From the NCBI GenBank assembly GCA_949358305.1, contig OX442314.1:13330001-13394000 (forward strand): DNA of 64,000 nt, read 5' to 3'. Made by a program: the position numbers and the translations under genes. Shown piece after piece: positions 33,640-46,729 of this stretch. How positions within the stretch are numbered: position 1 is the stretch's first letter; every line of letters starts with the position of its first letter. This DNA is from Strigamia acuminata. Lineage: Eukaryota. A model generated the notes under the pieces. It was not told the DNA's origin. It ran no database searches and worked only from the letters and a program-made list of their open reading frames with translations.

Positions 33640-36600
33640 TAATAACAATAATTAATAATAATTACCTCTGCATCATGCTTCAGTAAATGTGATTTAACAG
33701 TCATAGGACACTTTCCAAACAAGTAAAGAATTTTATCGCTATCTTTATCGCTGACGTCATACGTCAATTCTCCGCATTCGATCCAGAAGCGATGAGCGGC
33801 GCCTATTTTCGATCCATTCTTACGGTCTGAAGTTGGTACAACAAATTCCCTTAAATGTTCAGGAAGCGCTTTTACCAGTTTATCGGCAGTGGGCCTAAAC
33901 GCGAATGGGAATTTAGCAGAAATTTCAACACCAGTCGAGAGATACTTGAGCAGCATGTCCGCGTGAAGCTGAGTCGCTAAAAAATTAGATTTATAAGTAT
34001 TCTTTGGTAAGAATCGCATTTCTTGTAAAGGATGTGACTGCATATCGAAATCCGCTTGATTTAGCGTAAAAAAACTGGATGAAATGCCCATTTGCAATAC
34101 TTCTAACACATCTGCCATGTTAAAAAGCCCCGTTTGCTCCATTTCGTCCGTGTTCTGGAATACACCCGGTCGCGGAGTAGACGTCATGATTAAACGAAAC
34201 GAACCTTCGTCCAAATCGACAAAGACTCCTTCGATGGAATCAAAGTTCTCGCCACTGAGATTCAACCAAGGGCGAGTTGGATCCAAAAAGCCTTCCTCGT
34301 CCCGATTCAACACATTCCATTGCATCAATGAATGAATTTGGTTGACATCCCATTCAGGATGCTGGTGTAACAAAGATATTAACGCCGCCTGGCGATATTG
34401 CTCAAACTTCCTCCCTCCATCAGAAAAAGGCAGACACTTCCAAGCCAATTCCAGCAATTCGTATTGATATTTGTGAGATCGTGGATTATCAATAGCATTC
34501 CTGTTGTAATACACCTCCAAGAATTCCGTGCAAACTGCATCCAGATACAGAAAATCGGTGGAGAGAGTCATCGGAATGTCCGCAAACGGAGTTACTTGGA
34601 CGAGACGTGTCAAACCTCGACTTAACATTTCAGCCAACGCCGCATCGGCATCTTCGATCACCGGTTTATTTCCTGAAAACAAAAACGAAAATAATTATTT
34701 TTTAATAAATTTAATTTTCCAAAATAAAAATTACCGTTCTGCAAATTTAATTGACCGCTCGCCATTAACGCTGCTCGAAAGAGATCATTTGAGAGTTTGG
34801 AAAGAACGAAACTCAATTTGACGAAATACAATTCCGTGATAGGGTGTTCGTGTCTCCTGGCCTTAGCTGCAGTCATAAAGCACAAGTCGCGAATTGCATT
34901 TCTCAATGCGTACATCATTGACAGCGGGACTCGATTAGCGTCCAACAGCTCGACTTGTTTATTAGACCGCTGCTCGCTAACAAATTCAAACTCTTTCATC
35001 TCCCGTAAGAAGAAAGACGAAGCGAGCACGAAATTCGAGCACAACATGCTCGTGTCAAACGAAGACATGCAGAGATCAATGTAAAGTAACGCTGCAGCCA
35101 TGTTACTGTGTCTGCCACCGTGCACCGCCCTTTCGTACCTCATAGCCGAGCGTATATTGGCATTGGCTGTCAAGCGATCGCAATATTGATGACTAACGGG
35201 AATGGATACATCGTTTGCATGCAGTTGATCTGTTAGGCTCGCAATCATGGCTTTGATGTGATTAATGTTAAGCAAAGAAGCGACCGAAGAATGCACTTCT
35301 TCGGTTGGTAACAAAATCACGGCATCCTGGTAAGCCTTTAGTGATGCTTTGTAGTTCCTTTCTCGTTCCAAGTAATAGCCTTTAAATACGAGCAGTGAAG
35401 CTTGATAACGAAGCGGCAATTGAGTTGTGTCTCTTCCCGTTGATAATTCGTCGTAGAGCTGCTTTAATAAGGCGCTTCCACGCTCGACAAGTCTGTTCGA
35501 TATTTTCTTCAGAAATCCATTTTTGTCCGCACAAAACTCGTAGAGCCATTCGCGTAAAACTTGCAACGTCTGCAAAATATCATTAAACGTTAAATTTGTA
35601 AGCGACTACGACCGTTTTGAGCTTTCTTACCTCATTTTCTAAATGTTCTTTACTCTCTTGGTAAAAGCGTTGCATTAACTCCGGTTGTTGTGAGAAATTC
35701 GGGAAAATTCGTTCGCGGGCTTTGGCTGCTCCAACAACTTCAGCATACATCTTATCTTGATGCAATAATCTGATCATTAAAATGTACACCGATGGATGAT
35801 TACATGTGGCTGCCGCTGTGCGAATGGCCTCGGCTATATTTCTGTCTTCGAGACCGTAATTGTTTAATGTCGCAGCAGTTAACATTAACAGAACGGTGTT
35901 GTTCGATGGTTGTTTCTTGTACAAAGCAATGTAATACAATTTAGCCTCGTGGAATTTCCCACTCCGAAATAACTCATCGGCGCGACTCTTTAGCACGTGC
36001 GTCTTAGCACTGACGATGTACCATGATAAAGCCTCTACGTACCGGCCTGCGTTGAAATGAGTGTCACCTTCATCGGATCTGTCGTGAGACCACCCCCACA
36101 GTTTGTCGGTCAATGACACTTTGGCTTCGTCGAGTTGCCAGTCAGTAGAAAATGCAGTGACCAATTTGGTAGGCAAATCTTCTTTTTCGTACGGTTTCAA
36201 GTGTTTGTTGTACTGAATCTCGTAAAACGACAATTTCTCTTCGCGTTGAAAAGAGTTCGCAATGTTCTGCAAATCCTGGTTTGCTCGTCCGATTTGTTCA
36301 AAAGCGTCGATGTATATTTTGCCGTTATTAAAATTATCGATAAATGTCAAATTCGAAAACTCGTAATTCCACTCTTGTAATCGCAATTTAAAACTTTCCG
36401 ACAATCTTTCGCCGATGTTTAAAGACATGAAAATTGTACTAATGTTTTCTTCCGGTTCGTACTCATCGTCGTACTTGGCTCTTCGTTCCGGGTCGAGTAA
36501 AACTGTTTTAGCTTTGTTTAAATTTTTCATCCATTCTTCAGTTCCACCCTTTTTGTCCGGATGAGCCGTTAACGCCCTTAGCCGCCATGCCCTCTGAATT

Positions 36601-36668
36601 TCAGCTGCTGTAGCATCTCTTTGAACGCCAAGCAGATTGTACAAGTCTACATCAATTGCTTCAGCCAT
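32250..36668 (-). CDS. Long J-domain multidomain protein, copy C, about 1395 aa
   Basis: Exons 35631-36668, 34735-35569, 33666-34672 and 32250-33557 are in frame. Exon 2 (835 nt) and exon 3 (1007 nt) have the same lengths as in copy B. TAHPDKKGG J-domain motif. Confidence 0.87.
33600..33663. repeat. (TAA)n microsatellite in intron 3 of copy C
   Basis: taataataataataat run. Confidence 0.8.
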
Positions 36669-36923
36669 TTTATGTACTCTATCGAATACAAATGCAAAAT
36701 CAAATAGGTCACTTAACTTAACCCTTTAAATTTGTGACACATTGAATGAAATTATATTTATCCAAGGTTAGAAGCAAACGTTAAAGCAAATGCAGAAATG
36801 AGAACTTCTCAACATTTGATTGCAAAAATAAACATATGCAAAAGAAATCGGAAATATGCAAAAGAAATCGGAATTTTTGGACTAGAAAAAAGTTTTCATG
36901 AAAAAACGTGGATTTTACATGTA

Positions 36924-37185
36924 CAGTCGAAGCTCTTTATAACGAATCGCACAGGACCGAAAAAATCGACTCGTTAAAACGAATTAACTAAAAAAATATT
37001 TTATTATAAATAATATTATTAAGTTTCATGTTAATTTTATCCCAATTCTTTAAAATTGTTGAAACCTGTTTGTTATAACAAATAATTCGTTATATCGAAA
37101 ATATTAAACATGATGTTCTATGGCTAGCCAACCAAATAATTTTAGCAATTTGTTTTTCGCGATTCGTTATAAAGATTTTCGACTG
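36924..37185. mobile_element. pogo/Tigger-like MITE, 262 bp, TA TSD
   Basis: 27-bp TIR cagtcgaagctctttataacgaatcgc / gcgattcgttataaagattttcgactg, with TA on both sides. Confidence 0.85.
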
Positions 37186-37485
37186 TACCAGAGGGCCCGA
37201 GTCTATAGTTTAGAGTCAGGGGCCTGGGACAAGTGCATCTTTTGCTACCACCTGCATCCGCCCTTGCTTCCACCCTGAACCAACTCCCGAAGGTAGTTTA
37301 TGAAAACATAACATGTGATCCCCAATCCTAGTTAATAATTATTTAAAATTTCAGTCCTGCTTAGAATGGTACGAAAGACCCAGAGACATATATTTATACC
37401 TTATGATACGGTCAATCCGCCTGTCAAGCCGGACCGGACAACTTCGAGGAGATCATTTGACACGAAGTTAAATCACGAGTTAGAA

Positions 37486-37528
37486 TCACGTGGTTGGTAT
37501 CACGTGAAGGTTGAAAGTGGGAAAGTTA
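37486..37528. promoter_or_regulatory. Two E-boxes plus a degenerate kappaB-like half site upstream of copy C and SDR3
   Basis: TCACGTG at 37486, TCACGTGA at 37500-37507, GGGAAAGTTA at 37519-37528. Confidence 0.4.
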
Positions 37529-37789
37529 TAATTTAATAGATTTGATTTGATTTAAAAAGCCGTGAATTTTTATTACAGAAAAGTCTGTGCCGTTTTTCCA
37601 ACCGTTTATCACACCTTGAGATCTTTGAGTTTTGCTTATAATATTTAAAAGAAAAATTTCTGCTTTCTGGAAAGCATTAACCTTCAAGTTGATAACTCTG
37701 TTTTGCAATAGAGAGCAGCAGTTGACAAGTATCTAATCTCTACTCCCAAGTTTCATATCAAATAAGTGACGTCATCATTTGTGACAATC

Positions 37790-39192
37790 ATGGAGGCGTT
37801 AAGTTTTGACTATCTTCAACAATTTTTAGAAGAACATTGGTCTTTATTCAAATTAGTATTCGCTGCTGTTAGTGAGTCTTTCATAAATTACTTAATCAAA
37901 ATGATTGAGTTTCATTTCTGTTTACAGGTGTCATAGTCATTCCAATTGTGCTAAAGAAATGGCTTAACGGCGGTTGGTGTTACAGCACGGTCAAGTTATC
38001 TGGGAAAACCGTGATCGTCACTGGAGCTAACACCGGAATCGGGAAAGAAACGGCTCGAGATTTATTTCGACGAGGTCGAGTTAACTTCAACCCAGAAATA
38101 GACAGAGAAACCGTAATGAATTCTTTTTGCTATAGGGGCAAGAGTTATTTTAGCATGTCGAGATTTGGATAAAGCAACTCGGGCTGCACGAGAGATTGAA
38201 TCGACGAGTCCAAAGTCAGAAGGTGAATTGCTTGTTCGTCACCTTGACCTCGCAAGCCTCGACTCCGTTTATGAATTTGCTAAAGATATCCTAACTGAAG
38301 AGGCTAGAATCGACATTTTAATCAACAATGCAGGTGCTGCAGATTCAGATGAAATAAATGAAATCAAAAGCTTAAATTTTGTTTTTAGGTCTAATGTCGG
38401 GGCAAAAAAAAACGTTTGATGGTTTTGATTTGGTTTTTGGAACAAACCATCTCGGCCATTTTCTACTCACAAATTTATTGCTGGACAAAATCAAAGACTC
38501 CGCGCCCTCTAGAATAATTAACGTGTCATCGAGGGCACATGAATGTAATTACATTTTAAATCGAACAAGTGCTTTCAAATTTATAGAAAATGTCTTTTTT
38601 CAAATAGTCGGAAAAATGCGTTGGGACGATTTAAATATGACTGACAAAGGAGTCTACACGGCATTTTCAGCTTATTGTCAAAGTAAATTGGCAAATGTGT
38701 TGTTTACTAAAGAGTTAGCAAGCAGATTGGCAGGTACAGCATAAAAAGATTGTTTGTATTGTTTGTAAATTCGTTGATTACCTTAGGTACTGGTGTCACT
38801 ATATATTCATTGCACCCTGGGGCCGTTGGTACTGAATTTGGTCGTTATACGCCTGAATTTTGGCCCAAGATTTTGCTTGTTGCGATGGCTGTGCTCGGAC
38901 CTCTGTACTTGAAGACACCAGTGCAGGGTGTGCAAACCACAATCCATTGCGCCGTTTCTGAAAAAGTGGCAAATGAAACTGGATTATATTACAGGTAAAA
39001 TATTTTTTGAATTTTATTCTACATCTAACTCGTGAATTTCGGCTTTTTATTAGTGATTGCGTTGTAACTAAGCCTAGTAAAGCAGCCATGAATAAAGAAG
39101 ATGCCACAAAACTGTGGGTAACGAGTGCAGAAATGGTTAAATTAGATAAAACACTTAATAAATTGGAAAGTGCAATGAAATTGAATAAATAA
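37790..39192 (+). CDS. Retinol dehydrogenase 11/12/13-like SDR, copy 3 (7 exons, apparently intact)
   Basis: N-terminal hydrophobic anchor, [49 protein letters not shown] introns. Confidence 0.88.
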
Positions 39193-39623
39193 ATATTTTT
39201 TGCAAGCTTTTAATTACGGATAATTATTGATTTGAAAATAAAATACAATGTAGACCTGCACACTCTAAACACTACACTGTTGGTTGACTTTCTTGAGGAC
39301 CAAAAAAACATACTTTGAGACAGAAAGTAGATTTTGTTTTGTCACGGAATGAGCAACAACTGGAATCTGCAGTCGGTCACCCACCAGAAAACTGATGATG
39401 GTTTTGACATTGTTTTCTATAAAATTGGTCATCAATGAAGATGATGTCAAATTACTGGGACTGGTGAGTGCAGAAATAGTCAAATTAGATAACTCACTTT
39501 ATAGTAAATTAGACATTGAAATGAAATAAAAGTGGTGCGCAGCATTGCCAGCGTTTTGTTTAATTCTGGCGTTTTTTGTTTTAGCGTTTTTGTAGTTTTA
39601 AATTTTATTTTTCAGCGTTTTGA

Positions 39624-39933
39624 ATTCAGAAAGATTCGTGTAGGATTCAGAAAGGTTCGTGTAGGATTCAGAAAGATTCGTGTAGGATTCAGAAAGATTC
39701 GTGTAGGATTCAGAAAGATTCGTGTAGGATTCAGAAAGATTCGTGTAGGATTCAGAAAGATTCGTGTAGGATTCAGAAAGATTCGTGTAGGATTCAGAAA
39801 GATTCGTGTAGGATTCAGAAAGATTCGTGTAGGATTCAGAAAGATTCGTGTAGGATTCAGAAAGATTCGTGTAGGATTCAGAAAGATTCGTGTAGGATTC
39901 AGAAAGATTCGTGTAGGATTCAGAAAGATTCGT
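39624..39933. repeat. 21-bp minisatellite (attcagaaagattcgtgtagg) x about 14.5, nearly perfect
   Basis: Read directly. It produces the spurious NLSESYT, RKIRVGF and IFLNPTR ORFs. Confidence 0.95.
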
Positions 39934-40239
39934 TTTCCGAATCCCCACCGAATCCCATTCCAAATCCCAAAAAATATATGAAAGATTCGAATCTCTGCCA
40001 TGCAGGTTCTGATTGTCGGACCCTTCGAGGAAACTTCTAATTTACTTGATTTGATTTGATTTAAAAGGCCGTGAAATGTTTTTCCCCAAAAAAGTCTGTC
40101 TTATTAACAACCGTTTATCAAACATTGAAACCTTGGGCTTGATAACTCTGTTTTGCAATAGGGAACATCAGTTAATAAGTGTCATGTTTCTACTTCTAAG
40201 TTTCACATCAAATTAGAAATGTCGTCGTTTGTGACAATC

Positions 40240-41659
40240 ATGGAGGCGTTACGTTTTGTCTATCTTCAACAATTTTTAAAAAAACACTTGTCTTTATTCA
40301 AATTAGTAGTTGCTGCTGTTAGTGAGTATTTAAAAAATCGCCTAATCAGAATGATTGAGTTTCATTTCTGTTTGCAGGTGCTATAGTCACTCCGATTGCG
40401 CTAAGGAAATGGCTCAACGGCGGTTGGTGTTACAGCACGGTCAAGTTATCTGGAAAAACCGTGATCGTCACTGGAGCTAATACCGGAATCGGGAAAGAAA
40501 CTGCTCGAGATTTATTTCGACGAGGTCGAGTTAACTTCAACCCAGAACATCACAGAGAAACCGTAATGAATTCTGTTTGCTGCAGGGGCAAGAGTTATTT
40601 TAGCATGTCGAGATTTGGAGAAAGCAGCTCGAGCTGCACGGGAGATTGAATCGACGAGTCCAAACGCACAAGGTCAATTACTTGTTCGTCACCTTGATCT
40701 CGCAAGCCTCGACTCTGTTTATGAGTTTGCTAAAGATATCCTAACTGAAGAGGCTAGAATCGACATTTTAATCAACAATGCTGGTATTGCAGACAATTTT
40801 GATGAAATAAATGAAAAAAAAAACTGAAATAAAGTTTGGTTTTCAGGTGTTATATCGGGGCAAAAAAAAACAATTGATGGTTTTGATATGGTTTTTGGAA
40901 CAAACCATCTCGGCCATTTTCTACTCACAAATTTATTGCTGGACAAAATCAAAGACTCCGCGCCTTCTAGAATAATTAACGTGTCATCGAGGGCACATGA
41001 ATGTAATTAAATTTTTCATCGAACAAGTGCTTTCAAATTTATAGAAAATGTCTTTTTTGAAATAGACGGAAAAATGCTTTGGAACGATTTAGATATGACT
41101 GATAAAGGAGTCTACACGGCAGTTTCAGCTTATTGTCAAAGTAAATTGGCAAATGTGTTGTTCACTAAGGAGTTAGCAAACAGATTGGCAGGTACAGCAT
41201 AAAAGAATGTTAAAAATTGTTTGTAAATTCGTTGATTACTTTAGATACTGGTGTGACCGTATATTCGTTGCACCCTGGGGCCGTTGGTACTGAATTTGAT
41301 CGTTATACGTCTGAATTTTGGCCCAAGATTTTGCTTGTTGCGGTGGCTGTGCTCGGACCACTGTTCGCAAAGACACCCGTGCAGGGTGCGCAAACCACAA
41401 TTTATTGCGCCGTTTCTGAAAAAGTTGCAAATGAAACTGGATTATATTACAGGTAAAATAATTTTTGAATTTTATTCCACATCTAACTGGTGAATTTCGG
41501 CTTTTTATTAGTGATTGCGTTCTAACGAAGCCTTGTAAAGCAGCCATGAATAAAGAAGATGCCACAAAACTGTGGGTAATGAGTGCAGAAATGGTTAAAT
41601 TAGATAACACACTTAACAAATTGGAGAGTGCAATGAAAATGAATAAATTAAAGAAATAG
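40240..41659 (+). CDS. RDH11/12/13-like SDR, copy 4 (7 exons)
   Basis: Same exon structure and motifs as copy 3; YCQSK catalytic motif. Confidence 0.85.
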
Positions 41660-43229
41660 ATAATTTTTGCAAAATTTTAAACTCGGATAATTATTGAGTT
41701 AAAAATAAAATACAATGTAGACCTGCATACTCTGAACACTACACTGTTGGTGGACTTTCTTGAGGACCCAAAAAACATACTTTGAGACAGAAAGCACAGT
41801 TTATTTTGTTAGTAAATTGGACATTGTAATGAAATAAAAATATATTCCCAAATATTTTAACGTTAGATTAAAAATATATAGTCATAAGTATCTAGTGGCA
41901 TTTGTCAGGTTAGGCTTGGTTAGGAATTCGGATGCTACGCTATTTTTCCAATTCAACAAAATCAGATCTCTGCTGGATAGTATTTGGTAATCTTGAAATT
42001 GTTGGTTTCTATCTTGAATTATGTAGTACTCCGTACTATTTTTTTTCCTCAATACATATTACTGGGTACTTTTTGACAACACTACATTTGTTTCAATTCA
42101 TTGTTGAGCATTTACGTAATTCCTGTCCTTGTATAAACTGGTTGATTGTGTATGAAATACAGTTAATGGATATGTTTTATCCCGTTGCAGTTTATCATTT
42201 ATCCTTTATTATTTATCCTTGGTCTAGTTTTTATTAATCCATTTGATTAAACGAATGTCGTAATATGAAAACAGAAACAGAAACAAACCTGGTTCAATTT
42301 GCTAGATCCTGGAACTCCAGGAGTTTAACATTATTATCAGAATTTTTTCTCCTGTTCGACTCAAAAGGGTGGCTTTCTCCCATTGGCCGAGCCGTATCAC
42401 TGGTGTAGTGATCCAAAAATGTAGACCCAAACACCATAAATGCATTCCAATGTACAGACATTGTAATCGATTGTCTAGGTAACAGCCAAAACTTCAAAAT
42501 TGTTTTTGCTTTCCAGACAAAGCAACCAATAAAAAGAACAAACACGAGTTTTACATTTATATGTGCATAAGTGTAATCATAAAATATCACAATATTACGC
42601 GTGTAAAAGGCTCCAGCCCCCCTAAAGGTCTGAGATGAGAAGCAGTGGTCTGGGATATTGTGGCCGTTCGGTAAAATGAACTTTTTGACAAATAAATACC
42701 TGTGGCTTAAGTTTTATTACCCGTTCAAATGTGACTGGTTTCCGGTGCAGGAGTCAACATCAGTCCTTTCTCCACTCTTGTTCACCATGCTGACGCTTAT
42801 AGGGAATGGGCTGTTAAGCCCCACGTGGGCTGGGTCTCTGGCCCACACAAGCAATGGCAATACAACCAAGGCTCCATCGATTTTACATGGTCTCTCGACC
42901 TCATGATAAGTAACCAGTGTTTGGAGGTGCATCGTAGCGATACAGCGCAAGTAATGGGAAAAGGCAGGAGAAATTCATTGAATGATTGTAATTGGTGGTG
43001 TGACCATCTGGCCACCCACGGTGACCCACGTCACTCCACACACTGCTCGCTGGCCCCTGGTCACCCCCCTTGCGGGGTAAACTGGCCCAGTGGAGAAGGA
43101 GGGAGCTGAGTGGTGTGGTGAGGAGTCAGGGAGAGAGAGAGTTTGGACAGCACAAGGTGAAACCGTGTGCTTGTGAGGTCCCGTAGCCAGCTGGGCAGCA
43201 GTGCCCGAGTTGACAAATCAGAAACAGCA

Positions 43230-44000
43230 CTAGTCTGGCCTACTTGTAGCAGCGAGCAATGCCTTTAAGAAACCTCTGTACGAGCATTGTTTGCCTGCTC
43301 GTAAGTAAGCTGCATAGCCTAGCTTGGCGTCTTTTCTCCAATCGAGTAGTCTTAAGCTTGGGAACACCCCAAAAAACCTCTTTGATGGTCTGTTCAGTAT
43401 CTGCCTGTTCACGACGCAAAACCATGAAAACCCCAACATGGCTTGCTTGCTCTGACAAGAATACCAAGCCTTTGTAGGGAGTACAACTATTGAAACAGTT
43501 TAGGCACTGTTTTGAATGTGCCGTCTGTCAGTATCGTCTTGGCAACGCACAAATGAATTAGATTCTCCTCGGTTGTAAACATCATCATTCGCGAGCCATT
43601 GGCGGTTTGCATTTAAGCATGCAAAAATCGATTTTCCTCCAAATTATCAGGAAACGGTTCCAATGCTTTCCAATCCAATTGCTCAATATGTTTCTGTTCC
43701 TTTGGCATTGTTGGATAGGTTTCTCAACTGTCAACTTCGCTCGCTCTTTTAAGGCTTACCGAACTCTCACTGCATGAACTCGGCTGGCATCCAGTTGGTG
43801 ATTGTGGTTGGACACCTGTATCAGAACTTTCGGATTAACAGTGTCCACAGTCATGCTAATGCGCCCTTGCAAAACTTTTTCCATCCCTCACACTCCCAGT
43901 GAATTCTATCTGGTACTGTTTTTTTATAATATAACAGAAGCCTTCATAGCAGTTTCGGTTTTCGATGGATGATTTTGTGCATTTCAATTGCCATTACGAA
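43230..44000 (-). mobile_element. Degraded Mutator-like (MULE) transposase remnant
   Basis: The minus strand at about 43475-43545 translates AKTILTDGTFKTVPKLFQ*LYSL, matching the MULE DGTFKxxPxxFxQLYxxH motif. It has stops and frameshifts. Ends are approximate. Confidence 0.7.
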
Positions 44001-44746
44001 TCAGAGAGAGACTATTGTAGAAGAACAAAGAAGGCAAGAGCAGAGACAGATAGAGGAGGCTCAAATCCTGATAGAAGAAGAAGGAGAACCTTGAGCTGTG
44101 TATAAAAATTCTTTGAAGGAAGATGAAGAAGAGGAATTTCCATGGGGACAATTCTCATAAGAGAATAATGTGTTGTTGAGAGTTTATTCTTTGTATTAGA
44201 ATGTTATTTGTGTCTTATATTTGTGTGTTCTTATTATTATTAGGTCTAAGGGTTTAATTCTATATATGTATAAAGAAAAGAAGGTTTTCTTTAGATTTAA
44301 GGGGAGGAGAATGTGATATATGAATTTTAAAATTATAACATTTTTAAATAATAATTTTGTCATAGTACCTTGGTGTTAAATTATGTCACTCGAAGAGTGT
44401 TTATTTTTAGTTACAATATATTATGTCAAGTGTTTGAGTAACAGTACAGCATGTGTCATTGTATTGTTTACTTTTATTATCTAAACATTGTGATTGTACA
44501 GTTACTTTTTTGTTCTGATCAAGTAAAGATCAAACAGTATTTGTGCCCAAAAGGAAACTTAATACGGAGTAATATTTTTCAGTTGGTTCTCATCACATTA
44601 TTTCATTAAAAAAATTTTTTTTTTGCATTCTGGAAAGCATTAATCTTTGGCTTGATAACTATTTTGCAACAGGGAACATCAGTTAATAAGTATCATGTTT
44701 CTACTTCTTAGTTTCAGATCAAATAAAAAATGTCGTTGTGACAATT

Positions 44747-46161
44747 ATGGAGATGTTAAGTTTTGACTATCTTCAACAATTGTTAGCAGAACACTGGGCT
44801 TTACTCAAATTAGTAGTCGTTGCTGTAAGTGAGTATTTCAAAAATCGCTTAATCAAAGTGATTGAGTTTCATTTCTGTTTGTAGGTGCCATAGTCATTCC
44901 AATTGTGGTAAGGAAATGGCTTAACGGCGGTTGGTGTTACAGCACAGTCAAGTTATCTGGAAAAACCGTGATCGTCACTGGAGCTAACACCGGAATCGGC
45001 AAAGAAACGGCTCGAGATTTATTTCAACGAGGTCGAGTTAACTTCAACCCAGAACATCACAGAGAAACCGTAATGAATTCTGTTTGCTGCAGGGGCAAGA
45101 GTTATTTTAGCATGTCGAGATTTGGATAAAGCAGCTCGGGCTGCACGTGAGATTGAATTGACGGGTCCAAAATCACAAGGTCAATTGCTTGTTCGTCATC
45201 TTGACCTCGCAAGCCTTGACTCTGTTTATGAGTTTGCTAAAGTTATCCTAACTGAAGAGTCTAGAATCGACATTTTAATCAACAATGCAGGTATTGCAGA
45301 CAATTCGGATGAAATGAGTGAAATTAAAATTTAAAAAATTTTCAGGTCTTATATTGGGGCAAAAAAAAACAATTGATGGTTTTGATTTGGTTTTTGGAAC
45401 AAATCATCTGGGCCATTTTCTACTCACAAATTTATTGCTGGACAAAATCAAAGACTCCGCGCCCTCTAGAATAATTAATGTATCATCGATTGCACATGAA
45501 AGTAATTACATTTTAAATCGAACAAGTGCTTTCAAAATTATAGAAAATGTCTTTTTTAAAAAAAAGTCGGAAAAATGCATTGGGACGATTTAAATATGAC
45601 TGATAAAGGAGTCTATACGGCAATTTCAGCTTATTGTCAAAGTAAATTGGCAAATGTGTTGTTTACTAAAGAGTTAGCAAGCAGATTTGCAGGTACAGTA
45701 TAAAAAAAAGGATAATAAAAATTTGTAAATTCATTGATTACCTTAGGTACCGGTGTGACCGTATATTCGTTGCATCCTGGAGCTGTTGGTACTGAAGTAT
45801 GGCGTTATATGCCTGAATTTATCCCCAAGATTTTGCTTGTTCTGTGGGATGTGCTCAAACCACTGTACGTAAAGACACCAATGCAGGGTGCACAAACCAC
45901 AATTCATTGCGCCGTTTCTGAAAAAGTGGCAAATGACACTGGATTATATTACAGGTAAAATAATTTTTGAATTTTATTCTACATCTAACTAGTGAATTTC
46001 GGTTTTTTATTAGTGATTGCGTTGTAACTAAGCCTTGTAAAGCAGCCATGAATAAAGAAGATGCCACAAAACTGTGGGTAATGAGTGCAGAAATGGTTAA
46101 ATTAGATAGCAGGCTTAATAAATTGGAGAGTGCAATAAAAATGAATAAATTAAAGAAATAG
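44747..46161 (+). CDS. RDH11/12/13-like SDR, copy 5 (7 exons)
   Basis: [22 protein letters not shown]. The intron-4 acceptor is A-rich (aaaaaaag). Confidence 0.82.
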
Positions 46162-46729
46162 ATAATTTTTGAAAAATTTTGAAATCGGATAATTATTGAG
46201 TTAGAAATAAAAAAAAACAGGTACTTTGAGACAGAAAGCACATTTTATTTTGTTAGTAAATTGGACATTGCAATGAAATAAAATTATATTCCCAAATATT
46301 TTAACATTAGATTAAAAATATATAGTCATAAGTATCTACAGCTCCCGGACAAAAGTCCTGCAACAGAGCAATTTTTTCACTTACTTCAAACTTTGATGGC
46401 ATCTAGCATAAAAACCATGACAGCTAGAGCAATTAAACTTTAAAAATTGAAAAGCCCTATCTTTTTAGACTGGAATCACTTTATAACATCAGCTGAAAAC
46501 ATCTTTATTCAGTACGAAAAAAACAAAAATAAAAAATACACCAGAGACAGAAGTCCTGCAACACAACAAAATTGGTACAAAAGTCCTGCAACTTCTGCTA
46601 AAACTCTCTTTCCCCTCAATATATGGGATTGGCATAAACCATACACGTGATATACTGTATAATAATTTGCATATTTGCAAGTGATTGCCTATCATTCACT
46701 AATTTTGTAAGCAATAAGCTTTTTAAGCA

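Noticed and set aside
17389..36380. Plus-strand ORFs antisense to the J-domain genes (e.g. 25239-25769, 32199-32789, 28464-28871)
   Set aside because: Shadow ORFs of the coding strand; their starts and ends are not conserved among paralogs.
17044..36668. Reading the separate minus-strand ORFs as a bacterial-style operon
   Set aside because: The ORFs are joined by GT-AG introns with conserved positions and phases in three paralogs, giving single reading frames.
39532..40001. Repetitive ORFs (RKIRVGF)n, (NLSESYT)n, (IFLNPTR)n and a CRISPR-like appearance
   Set aside because: By-products of a stop-poor 21-bp tandem repeat; there are no unique spacers and no cas genes.
42650..43200. Cys/His-rich short ORFs suggesting zinc fingers of a non-LTR element
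   Set aside because: The frames are broken, no RT or endonuclease motif is visible, and support is insufficient.
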